Virus record (IMG/VR): IMGVR_UViG_3300047160_003852
Coordinates: 1 to 39,945 of that record
Length of the DNA stretch: 39,945 nucleotides
Direction: 5' to 3' (one strand)
Origin: a virus
Positions 7,375 through 15,716 of this stretch are shown here, in pieces. Every line of letters starts with the position of its first letter. Within the stretch, counting starts at the first letter, position 1. The notes beneath the pieces were generated by a model, which saw only the letters and a program-made list of their open reading frames with translations, made no database searches and was not told the DNA's origin. The position numbers and the translations under genes were made by a program.

Positions 7375-7839
7375 ATGAAAGTCGCAGAAAGAATGCGTCG
7401 CCCCAAGGCGACCGGATTCCCATGTCCATCCTGCGGCAGTCCGGCGTGGTGTATCGATTCGCGGGTCTCGCCGGCCGGATGGAGACGACGGCGCGGCTGC
7501 AATAAATGCGGGTTGAGATTCTCGACCTATGAGGTTGCGGCCGATGCTGGGAAAGGGTTCATGGCCGAAATTACTGCGCTGCAAACGTCATTGCAGCGGG
7601 CAATCGGGGCCATGGAAGATATGGAGGCCGTCTTGGAATTGGTCAAGAAAGCCGAGAAGATCCAAGAGGACTACCGCAGCGTCTATAACGGCGATCTGGA
7701 CAAGGTCTTAAGGACGCCCCGCAGCAGCAGTCAAGGCGGTATCAGCCAGGGCAGTAGCAGCGGCATCGCTGACCTCTGCGGCTGCCAAGACACTATCGAT
7801 TGTGGCTTGGTCGGTCGCGGAGAGCCCGCCCCTGACTGA
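7375..7839 (+). CDS. NrdR-like zinc-ribbon protein lacking an ATP-cone, with a coiled-coil C-terminal part
   Basis: FPCPSCGSPAWCIDSRVSPAGWRRRRGCNKCGLRFSTYEV aligns by eye with the NrdR N-terminal ribbon (CPxCxxxxxxVxDSR...RRRRxCxxCxxRFTTxE). GAGG precedes the ATG. Confidence 0.65.
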   Translation: MKVAERMRRPKATGFPCPSCGSPAWCIDSRVSPAGWRRRRGCNKCGLRFSTYEVAADAGKGFMAEITALQTSLQRAIGAMEDMEAVLELVKKAEKIQEDYRSVYNGDLDKVLRTPRSSSQGGISQGSSSGIADLCGCQDTIDCGLVGRGEPAPD

Positions 7840-7920
7840 ATTATAGACCGATATGATCTCGGCAATGGCCTGGGGCGCCTGGGCCAGAAGCGAGAGAATT
7901 GCTGTCACGATTGCCGGCAT
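7708..7920 (-). CDS. hypothetical Ala-rich protein (70 aa), last gene of the - strand arm
   Basis: ATGA-type 1-nt overlap with the upstream gene (7920). Overlaps the convergent NrdR-like gene tail by 132 nt, so one of the two 3' ends is uncertain. Confidence 0.45.
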   Translation of the reverse strand: MPAIVTAILSLLAQAPQAIAEIISVYNSVRGGLSATDQATIDSVLAAAEVSDAAATALADTALTAAAGRP

Positions 7921-8294
7921 CAGTGCCCTCCCGCCAAAAGACCGTTAACCTGAGAAATCAGCGCAGAAGCGCCCGCGATCTTGGCGTTGATGCCAGGCGC
8001 GTCCCCCAGGGCCACAAGATTGTCGGCAGCCTTCAGAAGCGCCTCGGATTGGTCCAGATAGGCCTTGGCCTGTACGGCACATTGAGCCTTGCAGATGTTG
8101 GCATTCGCTGCCGCGGCCAGGCCATCTGCCGCCGCTTCATGGAGGCCGTGGGCGGCGATCAGGCCCTTTTTCGCGGCCGCCATAGCATCAGGTGCGGCCT
8201 GGGTGACGGTCCCAGTTACTGCCGTTCCCAATGGCCCACACGATGGCGTCGAGATCAAGATGGCCGCTGCTAGAACAAAAACCTGTAATTGCAC
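7920..8294 (-). CDS. secreted/lipoprotein-like Ala-rich protein (possible o-spanin-like lysis accessory)
   Basis: GAGGTG SD lies 4 nt before GTG 8294. N-terminal MQLQVFVLAAAILISTPSC is a signal-peptide-plus-Cys pattern. Positioned in the lysis cassette. Confidence 0.5.
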   Translation of the reverse strand: MQLQVFVLAAAILISTPSCGPLGTAVTGTVTQAAPDAMAAAKKGLIAAHGLHEAAADGLAAAANANICKAQCAVQAKAYLDQSEALLKAADNLVALGDAPGINAKIAGASALISQVNGLLAGGH

Positions 8295-8302
8295 GAATCA
8301 CC

Positions 8303-8551
8303 TCATTTAGGATGCGGGCAATCTTGTGTAACATATTGGGGCAACGGTTGGGAACTCTCCGCGCTCGCAACCGCGACTTGGGCGCGTTTATGTTCACAGT
8401 GGGCCTGGACCGTCAGAGCGTCCTTTTGGACCCAGAGATGTTCCACTTTGTAATAGCTGGTCGATGCCGCCCAGCCTATCCCGAATACAATGATATACCG
8501 GGCGCAGACCGCGATGGCTTCCTCGACCCGTTTATTTATCTGCGCCTCCAT
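8303..8551 (-). CDS. small membrane-anchored protein (possible i-spanin-like lysis accessory)
   Basis: One hydrophobic segment (ARYIIVFGIGWAASTSYY) near the N-terminus. Lies between the holin-like and lipoprotein-like genes. Confidence 0.45.
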   Translation of the reverse strand: MEAQINKRVEEAIAVCARYIIVFGIGWAASTSYYKVEHLWVQKDALTVQAHCEHKRAQVAVASAESSQPLPQYVTQDCPHPK

Positions 8552-8975
8552 CGACCGGGCCGCCCTCCTCTGGCGGGATGTTAAAGGCTGGGAACCTCAG
8601 CCCGGTAGCACGCGACACGATTCCCCCTAGCGTCGTGAATAACCATGGAATTCCGGTTGGTCCCACATATCCGAAGGCGATGAGCATAAAGACAAGGATG
8701 GTTTCGGACGGAACCGACATAAGCTTCATTGCAACCAATACGAGAACTGAGATCGTCGCTGCACTTATCATACTAGCCGCCAACAAGGCAAAAATGCGGC
8801 CCCACCGAATGCCTTGAGGCTTGTCGATTTCGGCGGCTATCTCAAAGCCAATTCTGGCCAAGGCTCCCAGCATGGTAAAACCCGTCGCCATGAATATGGT
8901 TTCAAGGGAGAGCCCGAAAGGCGTGAACGCTAACATGCTGGCGAGGCTCAGCCCCCCTTTGATTTCCGCATTCAT
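8532..8975 (-). CDS. multi-pass membrane protein, putative holin
   Basis: At least 4 hydrophobic helices (LSLASMLAFTPFGL, IFMATGFTMLGALARIGF, IFALLAASMISAATISVLVLVAM, ILVFMLIAFGYVG). ATGA overlap with the endolysin gene upstream. Confidence 0.6.
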   Translation of the reverse strand: MNAEIKGGLSLASMLAFTPFGLSLETIFMATGFTMLGALARIGFEIAAEIDKPQGIRWGRIFALLAASMISAATISVLVLVAMKLMSVPSETILVFMLIAFGYVGPTGIPWLFTTLGGIVSRATGLRFPAFNIPPEEGGPVDGGADK

Positions 8976-9379
8976 GCAACCAACGCCGCCCCTTTTCTGT
9001 AAAATTTCTGATTACCAAACTGACCGACGAATGTCATGGTCGCAGCCCAGTCTGGGGGCGGGTTCATGCTGGCGGCGTAATAATGGGTAGCCCCATTGGT
9101 CGGATCAGCCTCGGCCTGAGCGTTAATCAGAACGGCTTTCAACTCCTGCAACATCGGATCAAGGTCCGAAAGAATGCAGGCCTCCCGGAAGTTTGGGTCA
9201 GCTGAAAGCCACCCCGAAAACTGACTTCTCCATAGGCAAACTGTGGCCAAATTCGGTCCCCATTGTCCCAATCTGACACGATTCCACATGACATGGGCGA
9301 CCGCCTGGCGTCCTTCCTGTGGCTCACCACGGGCCTCCTGCCATAAAGTCCGCGCGGCCGTATCGAGTATCCAGCTCAC
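8972..9379 (-). CDS. endolysin, SleB/CwlJ-type cell-wall hydrolase (Hydrolase_2 family)
   Basis: ARTLWQEARGEPQEGRQAVAHVMWNRV...SQFSGW matches the Hydrolase_2 signature (ARTxxxEARGE...AVAxVxxNR...QFS). Confidence 0.85.
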   Translation of the reverse strand: MSWILDTAARTLWQEARGEPQEGRQAVAHVMWNRVRLGQWGPNLATVCLWRSQFSGWLSADPNFREACILSDLDPMLQELKAVLINAQAEADPTNGATHYYAASMNPPPDWAATMTFVGQFGNQKFYRKGAALVA

Positions 9380-10095
9380 TTGGCTTCCAGCGCCTTAACC
9401 CGCGCCGTTAGCTCTTTGACCGCGGCGACGAGCAACGGAATCACGTCCGTGTAGGCCAGATGGAGAACGCCGTCTTTCGCGGTCACGGCTTCGGGAAGGA
9501 CTTTCTGCACGTCCTGGGCGATCAGGAACGCCCGAACCACCGATTCCCTATCGGTCATATAGCGGCCAGTGCAAGCTCTGAGACTGGCAAGTTTATCTGT
9601 TCCATGGTCTATCGGCACAAGGTCAGTTTTAAGTCGCTCATCTGAAATCGCCGCCCAGGAGGTTGCACCATTATTAAGGACGACCCCGCCAGATACACAC
9701 ACAATCTGGATACCGTTTCCATCGTTAGTGCTGACACTTCCGTTATAGGAAATCGTTGTTGTGTTTCCGAAGCCGGTCATGGTGATGGATGTGTTTGCTG
9801 CGATCCGAATCGCGCCATTGAAGAACGCGATTTCAGTGGAGACGGGTCCAGCCGAACCGACTGCAAGCTTGCCGGCTGAAGTAAAGGCAGACGTTCCACC
9901 AAAGGTTGCGCCAAGTACGAACGGAATCTGAGCAGTCGCAACCTGCTGCCCATCCTTGCAGATGCAATTGGTGAGTCCGGCGGCCAAATCCGTATTTAGC
10001 TGGTTGGCGACTGTCTCGGAGATCGTAGTGCCTGCCACGAAAGGAAGGCCGGTTCCGCTAATCTGAAATGTGCCTGTGCCATTGAAGCTTGACAT
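9376..10095 (-). CDS. tail fibre with C-terminal intramolecular chaperone (Peptidase_S74-type) domain
   Basis: SDERLKTDLVPIDHGTDKLASLRACTGRYMTD...LAYTDVIPLLVAAVKELTARVKALEAK is the S74 autoprocessing chaperone pattern. The N-terminal part is Gly/Thr/Ser-rich and beta-like. Confidence 0.85.
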   Translation of the reverse strand: MSSFNGTGTFQISGTGLPFVAGTTISETVANQLNTDLAAGLTNCICKDGQQVATAQIPFVLGATFGGTSAFTSAGKLAVGSAGPVSTEIAFFNGAIRIAANTSITMTGFGNTTTISYNGSVSTNDGNGIQIVCVSGGVVLNNGATSWAAISDERLKTDLVPIDHGTDKLASLRACTGRYMTDRESVVRAFLIAQDVQKVLPEAVTAKDGVLHLAYTDVIPLLVAAVKELTARVKALEAK

Positions 10096-10151
10096 TGCCT
10101 ACACCATGGTTATGTATACACTCATAGGACAACCAAATTTGCGGAGAGCCT

Positions 10152-10718
10152 ATGACGTACCGGGTTAAAGGAAAGAATTGTATTCTTTGTGGAAAGACGG
10201 CAATCGCGCGATCGCTCTGCCGGAATCACTATTCCGGCGCATACCAAAAGGGAACTCTTGATAACTTTCGCCTCAATACTTGCGAGGAAGCTTTTCACCA
10301 ACGATACAAGAAAACTGAAAGTTGTTGGATATGGACGGGGAAAAGAAACACCGCAGGTTACGGCATTTTTCTGCTGCCTGGGGAGATACAGGTGCGTGCG
10401 CATCGGCACGCATACGAGGTTTTTAAAGGTCCGATTCCGGATGGAATGATTATCATGCACTCCTGCGATAATCCTCCATGCGTAAATCCGGATCATTTGA
10501 GCGTTGGAACAAGGGCCGACAATAACTCGGACACGGCTAAAAAACGCCGCCATAATTACGGCTTGGATCACTGGAACGGCAAACTGTCTGCTGAGCAGAT
10601 CGAAGAAATTCGCAACAGCAAATCCACATGCCGCGCGCTTGCTGCAAAATTTGGCGTAACCTATGGCTACATATCGGCCCTTAAACGCGGAAAATCGCGG
10701 CCTAAAGGAACTCATTGA
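10152..10718 (+). CDS. free-standing HNH_3 homing endonuclease with C-terminal HTH, inverted relative to the surrounding operon
   Basis: CWIWTGKRNTAGYG...IIMHSCDNPPCVNPDHLSVGTRADN plus LSAEQIEEIRNSK...LAAKFGVTYGYISALKRGKSR; same architecture as 1882..2343. It is the only + strand gene between 7840 and 38647, is visibly more AT-rich than its neighbours, and is flanked by 56-nt and 79-nt gaps. Confidence 0.85.
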   Translation: MTYRVKGKNCILCGKTAIARSLCRNHYSGAYQKGTLDNFRLNTCEEAFHQRYKKTESCWIWTGKRNTAGYGIFLLPGEIQVRAHRHAYEVFKGPIPDGMIIMHSCDNPPCVNPDHLSVGTRADNNSDTAKKRRHNYGLDHWNGKLSAEQIEEIRNSKSTCRALAAKFGVTYGYISALKRGKSRPKGTH

Positions 10719-10797
10719 TTTAACCCCTCAGAAACTGTAATTTATATGCATGACGAATGATGCGCTGCGGCATTTCCTGGCAATCCCTCTGGCGTTC

Positions 10798-12576
10798 CTA
10801 TTCTGGGGCATTGTTGCCAGGGTTCTTCAGCATCGCCGCGAGCAGCGCAGGCGTGAGCCTTGGCGCCATTGACTGGACGCCCGCAGCGACCGCAGGAGCA
10901 TTAGCTGTGCTCGTCGCAATGGCGTGACGAATAAGAGCCTGCCCCATCCTTGTGCCACCCAAGGCAGCCAACCCGCCCAGAGCGGCCGCGCCTATGGCCG
11001 CGCCTTCGGTGCCGGGAATTCCCAAATGCTCGCCGCCGAGGCCCGCGCCGGCCAAGCCAAGCCCAGCTTGGACAAGGTGCCGGAACGGCGTCCCGCTGTC
11101 TGGCAGCTTGGACGGCAGAACAGTTAGCCCGGCCGACGACAAATCCTGCTGCAAAGCATCGGCCCGGGCGTTCTGGCCGCGCGTCCCGCCAGCCCTGACC
11201 GCCATTCCATATTGTGTCGGCGTCGGGATGCCCTCGGCCATATTCCGCTCTGCCGCCTGCTGTGGCCTTGCAAAATTCGCCCATCCCTCGTTTATCTTGG
11301 CAAGGCGGGGCGCCTCGTTGGGATTCTGACGGGCCAGGAAATCGTCAAACGCATCCTTCGCGTCAAAAAGAGCGTCAGCCAGATTCTTGTCATCGGGATT
11401 CTGACTTTTCGCATGGATCTGTGCCTGATGACGAAGGTTTGACTGAATATCCTTGATTGTATCGCCGGTATAAGTTGCGCCTCGGCCAGCCTTGGCGAAG
11501 ATCTGGTTCTTTAAAATATCATAGAGCTTGGTCGCATTATTTCCGGTCACGCCATATGACGGCGCGTCCTTGTTGATCTGGGTTATATCTCTAACCAATG
11601 TCGGGTCCGCGGTTCCGCTCATTCGGGACAGAACATCGTTGTAAGCATCTCCAAGCGCCCTATCGGTATGGGCAACTGCGTCGTTCCCTTCTAGCCCTGC
11701 GGGAAGTTTCTCGCCAATAGGCGCAAGCGATCGATTGAGAGACGCGCGCTGTAAACCAACTAATGAATCACGATAGCGATTGCCGATGATTTCCTTGATC
11801 CCGGGGATAGATGTTCCTGCATTCTCAAGACTCTGGACGGTTCCACCCAAGATTTGCCCAGCCGTAAGCGGAACGTCTTCCTTGAGCAATAGCGCAACCT
11901 TATCACGCAACTGCGGAGAAATAACTTTTCCGGCAATCGTCCCAGCACCGTGTAGCAACCCCCCAAGGCCAACACTTTCCTCGCCCTGCTTAATCTTCTC
12001 AGCCGCGAAATTCCCATTGTCATCGACTGGCTGCTGTGCGCCATAATATCCGCTCTGAAGCAGCGCGCGCCCCAAGGCTGCCGCGCGGGGAAATGCATTG
12101 GTGATGGTCGAACCAAGCCCAATCTCGCCGCCGAAATAGTTCGTCGGAGAAACCACGTTTCCAATCAGGCGCCCCGCATCGAAACCCTCCGGGTCGCCCC
12201 CGGTCGCGCGAACCGCTTGCTCTTGTGTGGCGTCCTGCAATTTGCGCCGTGCGTCCATATCCGCAGTTGCCTGATCGATGTATCGGCTGACAGGATTGGG
12301 TGCGAGACCGCCAGCAGACGCTAACCCGCTGCCGATATGGCCGCCAAGTTGCAATCCGCCGTAGACGGTGTCCATCACGCCATGCTCAAGACGCCCGACT
12401 GGGCTGGCGAGTAATTGCTGGCGCCAATCGGCGGAATTGTTTGGCGTAATTGCTGTTTCGGGCGCAGGAGGCGGCAATTGGCCAGCGGCGAGCGCGGCCA
12501 CAGGATCGGGCATTCCCGAGCCTTGGGCTTGCGCCAATGCAGAGACCGGATCGAGCGGCTGGCCCTCTCCACTCAC
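10798..12576 (-). CDS. large internal-virion/ejection-type protein (592 aa), function unknown
   Basis: Long Ala/Gly/Gln-rich ORF with a Gly/Ala-rich hydrophobic C-terminal segment. Lies in a run of four such genes between the tail hub and the tail fibre. Confidence 0.6.
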   Translation of the reverse strand: MSGEGQPLDPVSALAQAQGSGMPDPVAALAAGQLPPPAPETAITPNNSADWRQQLLASPVGRLEHGVMDTVYGGLQLGGHIGSGLASAGGLAPNPVSRYIDQATADMDARRKLQDATQEQAVRATGGDPEGFDAGRLIGNVVSPTNYFGGEIGLGSTITNAFPRAAALGRALLQSGYYGAQQPVDDNGNFAAEKIKQGEESVGLGGLLHGAGTIAGKVISPQLRDKVALLLKEDVPLTAGQILGGTVQSLENAGTSIPGIKEIIGNRYRDSLVGLQRASLNRSLAPIGEKLPAGLEGNDAVAHTDRALGDAYNDVLSRMSGTADPTLVRDITQINKDAPSYGVTGNNATKLYDILKNQIFAKAGRGATYTGDTIKDIQSNLRHQAQIHAKSQNPDDKNLADALFDAKDAFDDFLARQNPNEAPRLAKINEGWANFARPQQAAERNMAEGIPTPTQYGMAVRAGGTRGQNARADALQQDLSSAGLTVLPSKLPDSGTPFRHLVQAGLGLAGAGLGGEHLGIPGTEGAAIGAAALGGLAALGGTRMGQALIRHAIATSTANAPAVAAGVQSMAPRLTPALLAAMLKNPGNNAPE

Positions 12577-14525
12577 TGAATAGCCCCCATCGCCTTAAGC
12601 GCCTGCTGTTTTGCGAGAAATGCCTTGGCAGCCTGCGGCGTCTTTAGCTGGGTATGGGCAAAGTTAAGTTTTTCCTGCGGCGACATGAGGGAATATTGAA
12701 AGACCTTCGGATCAAAATTATTGCGCCACAACGACTCGAATTTGATCTGATTAGCTGGCGTCTGGCCGTTCTGGGCAAGGAACTGATCCTGGGCGTTCGC
12801 CTTTCCTTGCACAGCCAATTCAGCCGCCTTGCCCCATTTGGCGATCTGTTGAAGGGCAGCCGGGAACAGCTTATCATTCGGATTGGCATGAGCCATGGAT
12901 TCCATTTGGGCATCGGTGCCAGTCCCCCCCGCCGCCTGCCATGAACGAATTGCATTCTGGTAGGTGAATTTCTGCAATTCCTGAAACTTGGCAACATTAT
13001 CCTTTGCCTTTGCCATAAACGGCGAAAGGCCGGGAAGATTAGACGCATATCCCAGAACTGAATTCTGCCATTCCTGACCTGGGCCGGTTGCAACGCCACT
13101 TCCCGAAAGCCCGATAATGTTATCGAGGACATTGATTCGCATTGGCGATTCTGATGCGGCCTGGACAGTGGCGTCATGCCGGTCCGCCGCGTCCTTGGCC
13201 TGCCCTTGCATATAGGAAGCCTGCCCGGCCGGGAGTTCTGGAAGCATCGGCGTTGATTGAATCTGCGATCCGTAGCGATTGCCCGTCTCGTTCGGACGCA
13301 TGGCATCGATCAGGAGCCCTTTGACATTTGGATCGCGCAGGTTAAGCGGCTGGTTGGGATCAACGCCCAAGGATTTTGCCACGCTTGCCGCGTATTCCGG
13401 AGGTGCATTTGGCCCAGCCCATGCGCGAACTATTCCGCTGACGGTATTGATGCCTTTGTTGGCATAGTTGGTCAGGTTATCCCAAGCCGTACCGAACCCA
13501 GCCGTCGGCGTGGCATAGCGGGCTTCTTGCCCTCCCGGCTGCATATTGAGCGGATTGTTGGCGTTTATGTTGGGACCGCCAGGAACGGCATATTGCGGCT
13601 GGCCAGCGCCCGGCTGCGGAAGGGTAACGCCCGGAATTTGAGGACTGCCAAGCATCGCAGCCTGATTAGTCGCCACAGGCTGGTTATTGGCATCATAACC
13701 TATTGCGGGCGTCACGGACGCTTTGCCATAACCCTGAGCGGCCGCGGATCCCGCCACTCCCGCTGGGCCACCCGCGATCTGTACCAAATAAGGTTGCCCG
13801 TCTTGGCCTTGGATATAGCGATAACCAGGAGGCGCTTGCGGAGGAACATATGTTGTCTTGCCATCCGGCCCGATAAGGACATTACCAGCACGCCCAGTGA
13901 TGGTCCCGGCTTTGTTTAGAATGCCTCCTACCGTAGTTCTTTGGCTGCCAACATCCCCCGGCATCGCGAATGCGGCGTTCTTCTGCTCCGGCGTTGCCTC
14001 GAATTGCTTTGCCCATTCGGCCTGATAGCCGGTGGGGTTGGTCGTGAAATACCCAACCGCTTGCGCCGCAAGCATCCCAGGAATATGCGGAAGCCGGTCA
14101 TAAAGCCGTTGGAACCTCGGAGGCAGGCTATAATAGTCGGACGGTTTCTCATCCATCTGTTGTGGCTGTTGTACGGACGGAGCCGGAGGCGGTGCGAACT
14201 GATGCTGCGGAATCGGATTGCCTTCCTCGTCCACATTGGCATTAGAATAAGTTGGCGGGGATGCCTGCGGCGGCGTTCTTGCGGCCTGCTGTCCGGTTTG
14301 CGCGTCTGGTTGGTTATAATAGTCGGCAAGTTTCTGATCCGCGCGGCGTGAAAGAAATGCCCCGAGCAGGCGATTTCCCGCTTCGGCTAATCCGGCATAA
14401 CCACCCGTTCCCATCGGCTGCTGCATGAGCTGTTGTCCGAGGGCCTGCTGTCGCTGTATCGCCAGTTGGGCCGCGTAATCCTGCGGGTCATAGTAGGCAA
14501 AAGGATTCATGCCGGCGCTGCTCAT
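12573..14525 (-). CDS. large internal-virion/ejection-type protein (650 aa), function unknown
   Basis: Gln/Pro/Gly-rich N-terminal half. Contains a segment NNPLNMQPGG...FGTAWDNLTNYANKGINTVSGIVRAWAGPNAPPEYAASVAKSLGV seen by memory in virion-associated phage proteins. 4-nt overlaps on both sides. Confidence 0.6.
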   Translation of the reverse strand: MSSAGMNPFAYYDPQDYAAQLAIQRQQALGQQLMQQPMGTGGYAGLAEAGNRLLGAFLSRRADQKLADYYNQPDAQTGQQAARTPPQASPPTYSNANVDEEGNPIPQHQFAPPPAPSVQQPQQMDEKPSDYYSLPPRFQRLYDRLPHIPGMLAAQAVGYFTTNPTGYQAEWAKQFEATPEQKNAAFAMPGDVGSQRTTVGGILNKAGTITGRAGNVLIGPDGKTTYVPPQAPPGYRYIQGQDGQPYLVQIAGGPAGVAGSAAAQGYGKASVTPAIGYDANNQPVATNQAAMLGSPQIPGVTLPQPGAGQPQYAVPGGPNINANNPLNMQPGGQEARYATPTAGFGTAWDNLTNYANKGINTVSGIVRAWAGPNAPPEYAASVAKSLGVDPNQPLNLRDPNVKGLLIDAMRPNETGNRYGSQIQSTPMLPELPAGQASYMQGQAKDAADRHDATVQAASESPMRINVLDNIIGLSGSGVATGPGQEWQNSVLGYASNLPGLSPFMAKAKDNVAKFQELQKFTYQNAIRSWQAAGGTGTDAQMESMAHANPNDKLFPAALQQIAKWGKAAELAVQGKANAQDQFLAQNGQTPANQIKFESLWRNNFDPKVFQYSLMSPQEKLNFAHTQLKTPQAAKAFLAKQQALKAMGAIQ

Positions 14526-14815
14526 CAGCCGCCCCCGAAACTGAATAGCCCGGACAATCCCCGCGGCCCCATATAGGGCAACTGGCCGGAATTGATCGTC
14601 GTGGAAACCGGGCCGGACATTCCCTGATAGGTCGTATTGGCCGAGGGTGCAGGCGTGTTCTGGTAGTTATTGAATGCTTGTTTCTGTTGAAGCGCTTTCA
14701 GGATCAGCGCATTGCCGATGCCGCTGAACGGGCCATTGTTATTGCCCATCAGCGCTTGCGCCATCAAAGTCTTGGAGTCTGGTTGGCTGCCGTCGCTGTA
14801 GAAATATCCCGCCAT
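14525..14815 (-). CDS. small Gly/Asn/Gln-rich virion-type protein (96 aa)
   Basis: ATG 14813-14815 lies 1 nt after the upstream stop; the track ORF start 14854 would overlap the upstream gene. 1-nt overlap with the downstream gene. Confidence 0.55.
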   Translation of the reverse strand: MAGYFYSDGSQPDSKTLMAQALMGNNNGPFSGIGNALILKALQQKQAFNNYQNTPAPSANTTYQGMSGPVSTTINSGQLPYMGPRGLSGLFSFGGG

Positions 14816-14816
14816 G

Positions 14817-15716
14817 TCACGCCGCCAAGATAGCCGCGGCGCCGAGATTGCCACCGAGGCTAAAGAGGTTGTTCATTGCCTGTGTCTGCGCGTTATATTG
14901 TGCAAGCTGGTTCTGGTAGCCCTGGTTGGTAATTCCAGCAATATCCGTGTTCGCCTGGTTGGCAACTGGCGTCGCACTGAAGGAAGGATTTTGGACCTGC
15001 GCCCCAGAGATCAAAGAGTTGTACTCGTTCAAAGGTTGGTTTCGGAGAGCAAATAACTGCTGCATTCCTTGGGCTTGCGCCTGATTTTGCAGATCGGCGC
15101 TGGATAGCCCCTGGCCGAATAGCGTGTTCTGTTCCTGATTTCCGGCCTGCACAGCTTGCAATCCGGCATTGCCATATGCCGCCTGCTTCTGCTCGTTGAA
15201 CTGGTTCATGGCATTATTCCAGGCCTCGGAGCCTTGCGGAATGCCCTGGTTGCTCAGTTGATTTTGAAGTTGTTCCTGCGCTCGCGCATATTGCGGGTCG
15301 AGATATTGGGTCTGGCCCTTGTAGGCCGCGTCCTGCGCCTGTTGGATCTGTGATGAGGTATCGCCAAGATTGACCTTGGACGCAACGCCGGGAAGTTGGG
15401 AAGTGTCAATCGGGTTCTGATAAGAATTGGCAACTTGGCCCTGCATTCCTAGCGCGATATTGCCCAGATTCTGCTGGCCGGCTTGATAGGTATTGAGCAA
15501 TCCTTGTTCGACCGGACTGAGAGATGTGGTCTGCGAATACCGCGGAATCCCGCTCGAATCATAACCCGTGATGTCATAGGTGGACGAGCCATAAGGCGTG
15601 TACTGATTGATCCGGTTAAGAGTCGCATTGGCCTTGGCCGTGTCAATGTTACTGGCCGTCTGGGCTTGGGCGGTAACAGTTGGATCAGGCGCAGCGGGCG
15701 CGGAGGGCTTTCCCAT
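14817..15716 (-). CDS. Gln/Asn-rich internal-virion-type protein (299 aa)
   Basis: Strongly Q/N/A/G-biased but non-repetitive sequence (…QNQLSNQGIPQGSEAWNNAMNQFNEQKQAAYGNAGLQAVQAGNQEQNTLFGQGL…), in the structural operon. Confidence 0.6.
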   Translation of the reverse strand: MGKPSAPAAPDPTVTAQAQTASNIDTAKANATLNRINQYTPYGSSTYDITGYDSSGIPRYSQTTSLSPVEQGLLNTYQAGQQNLGNIALGMQGQVANSYQNPIDTSQLPGVASKVNLGDTSSQIQQAQDAAYKGQTQYLDPQYARAQEQLQNQLSNQGIPQGSEAWNNAMNQFNEQKQAAYGNAGLQAVQAGNQEQNTLFGQGLSSADLQNQAQAQGMQQLFALRNQPLNEYNSLISGAQVQNPSFSATPVANQANTDIAGITNQGYQNQLAQYNAQTQAMNNLFSLGGNLGAAAILAA

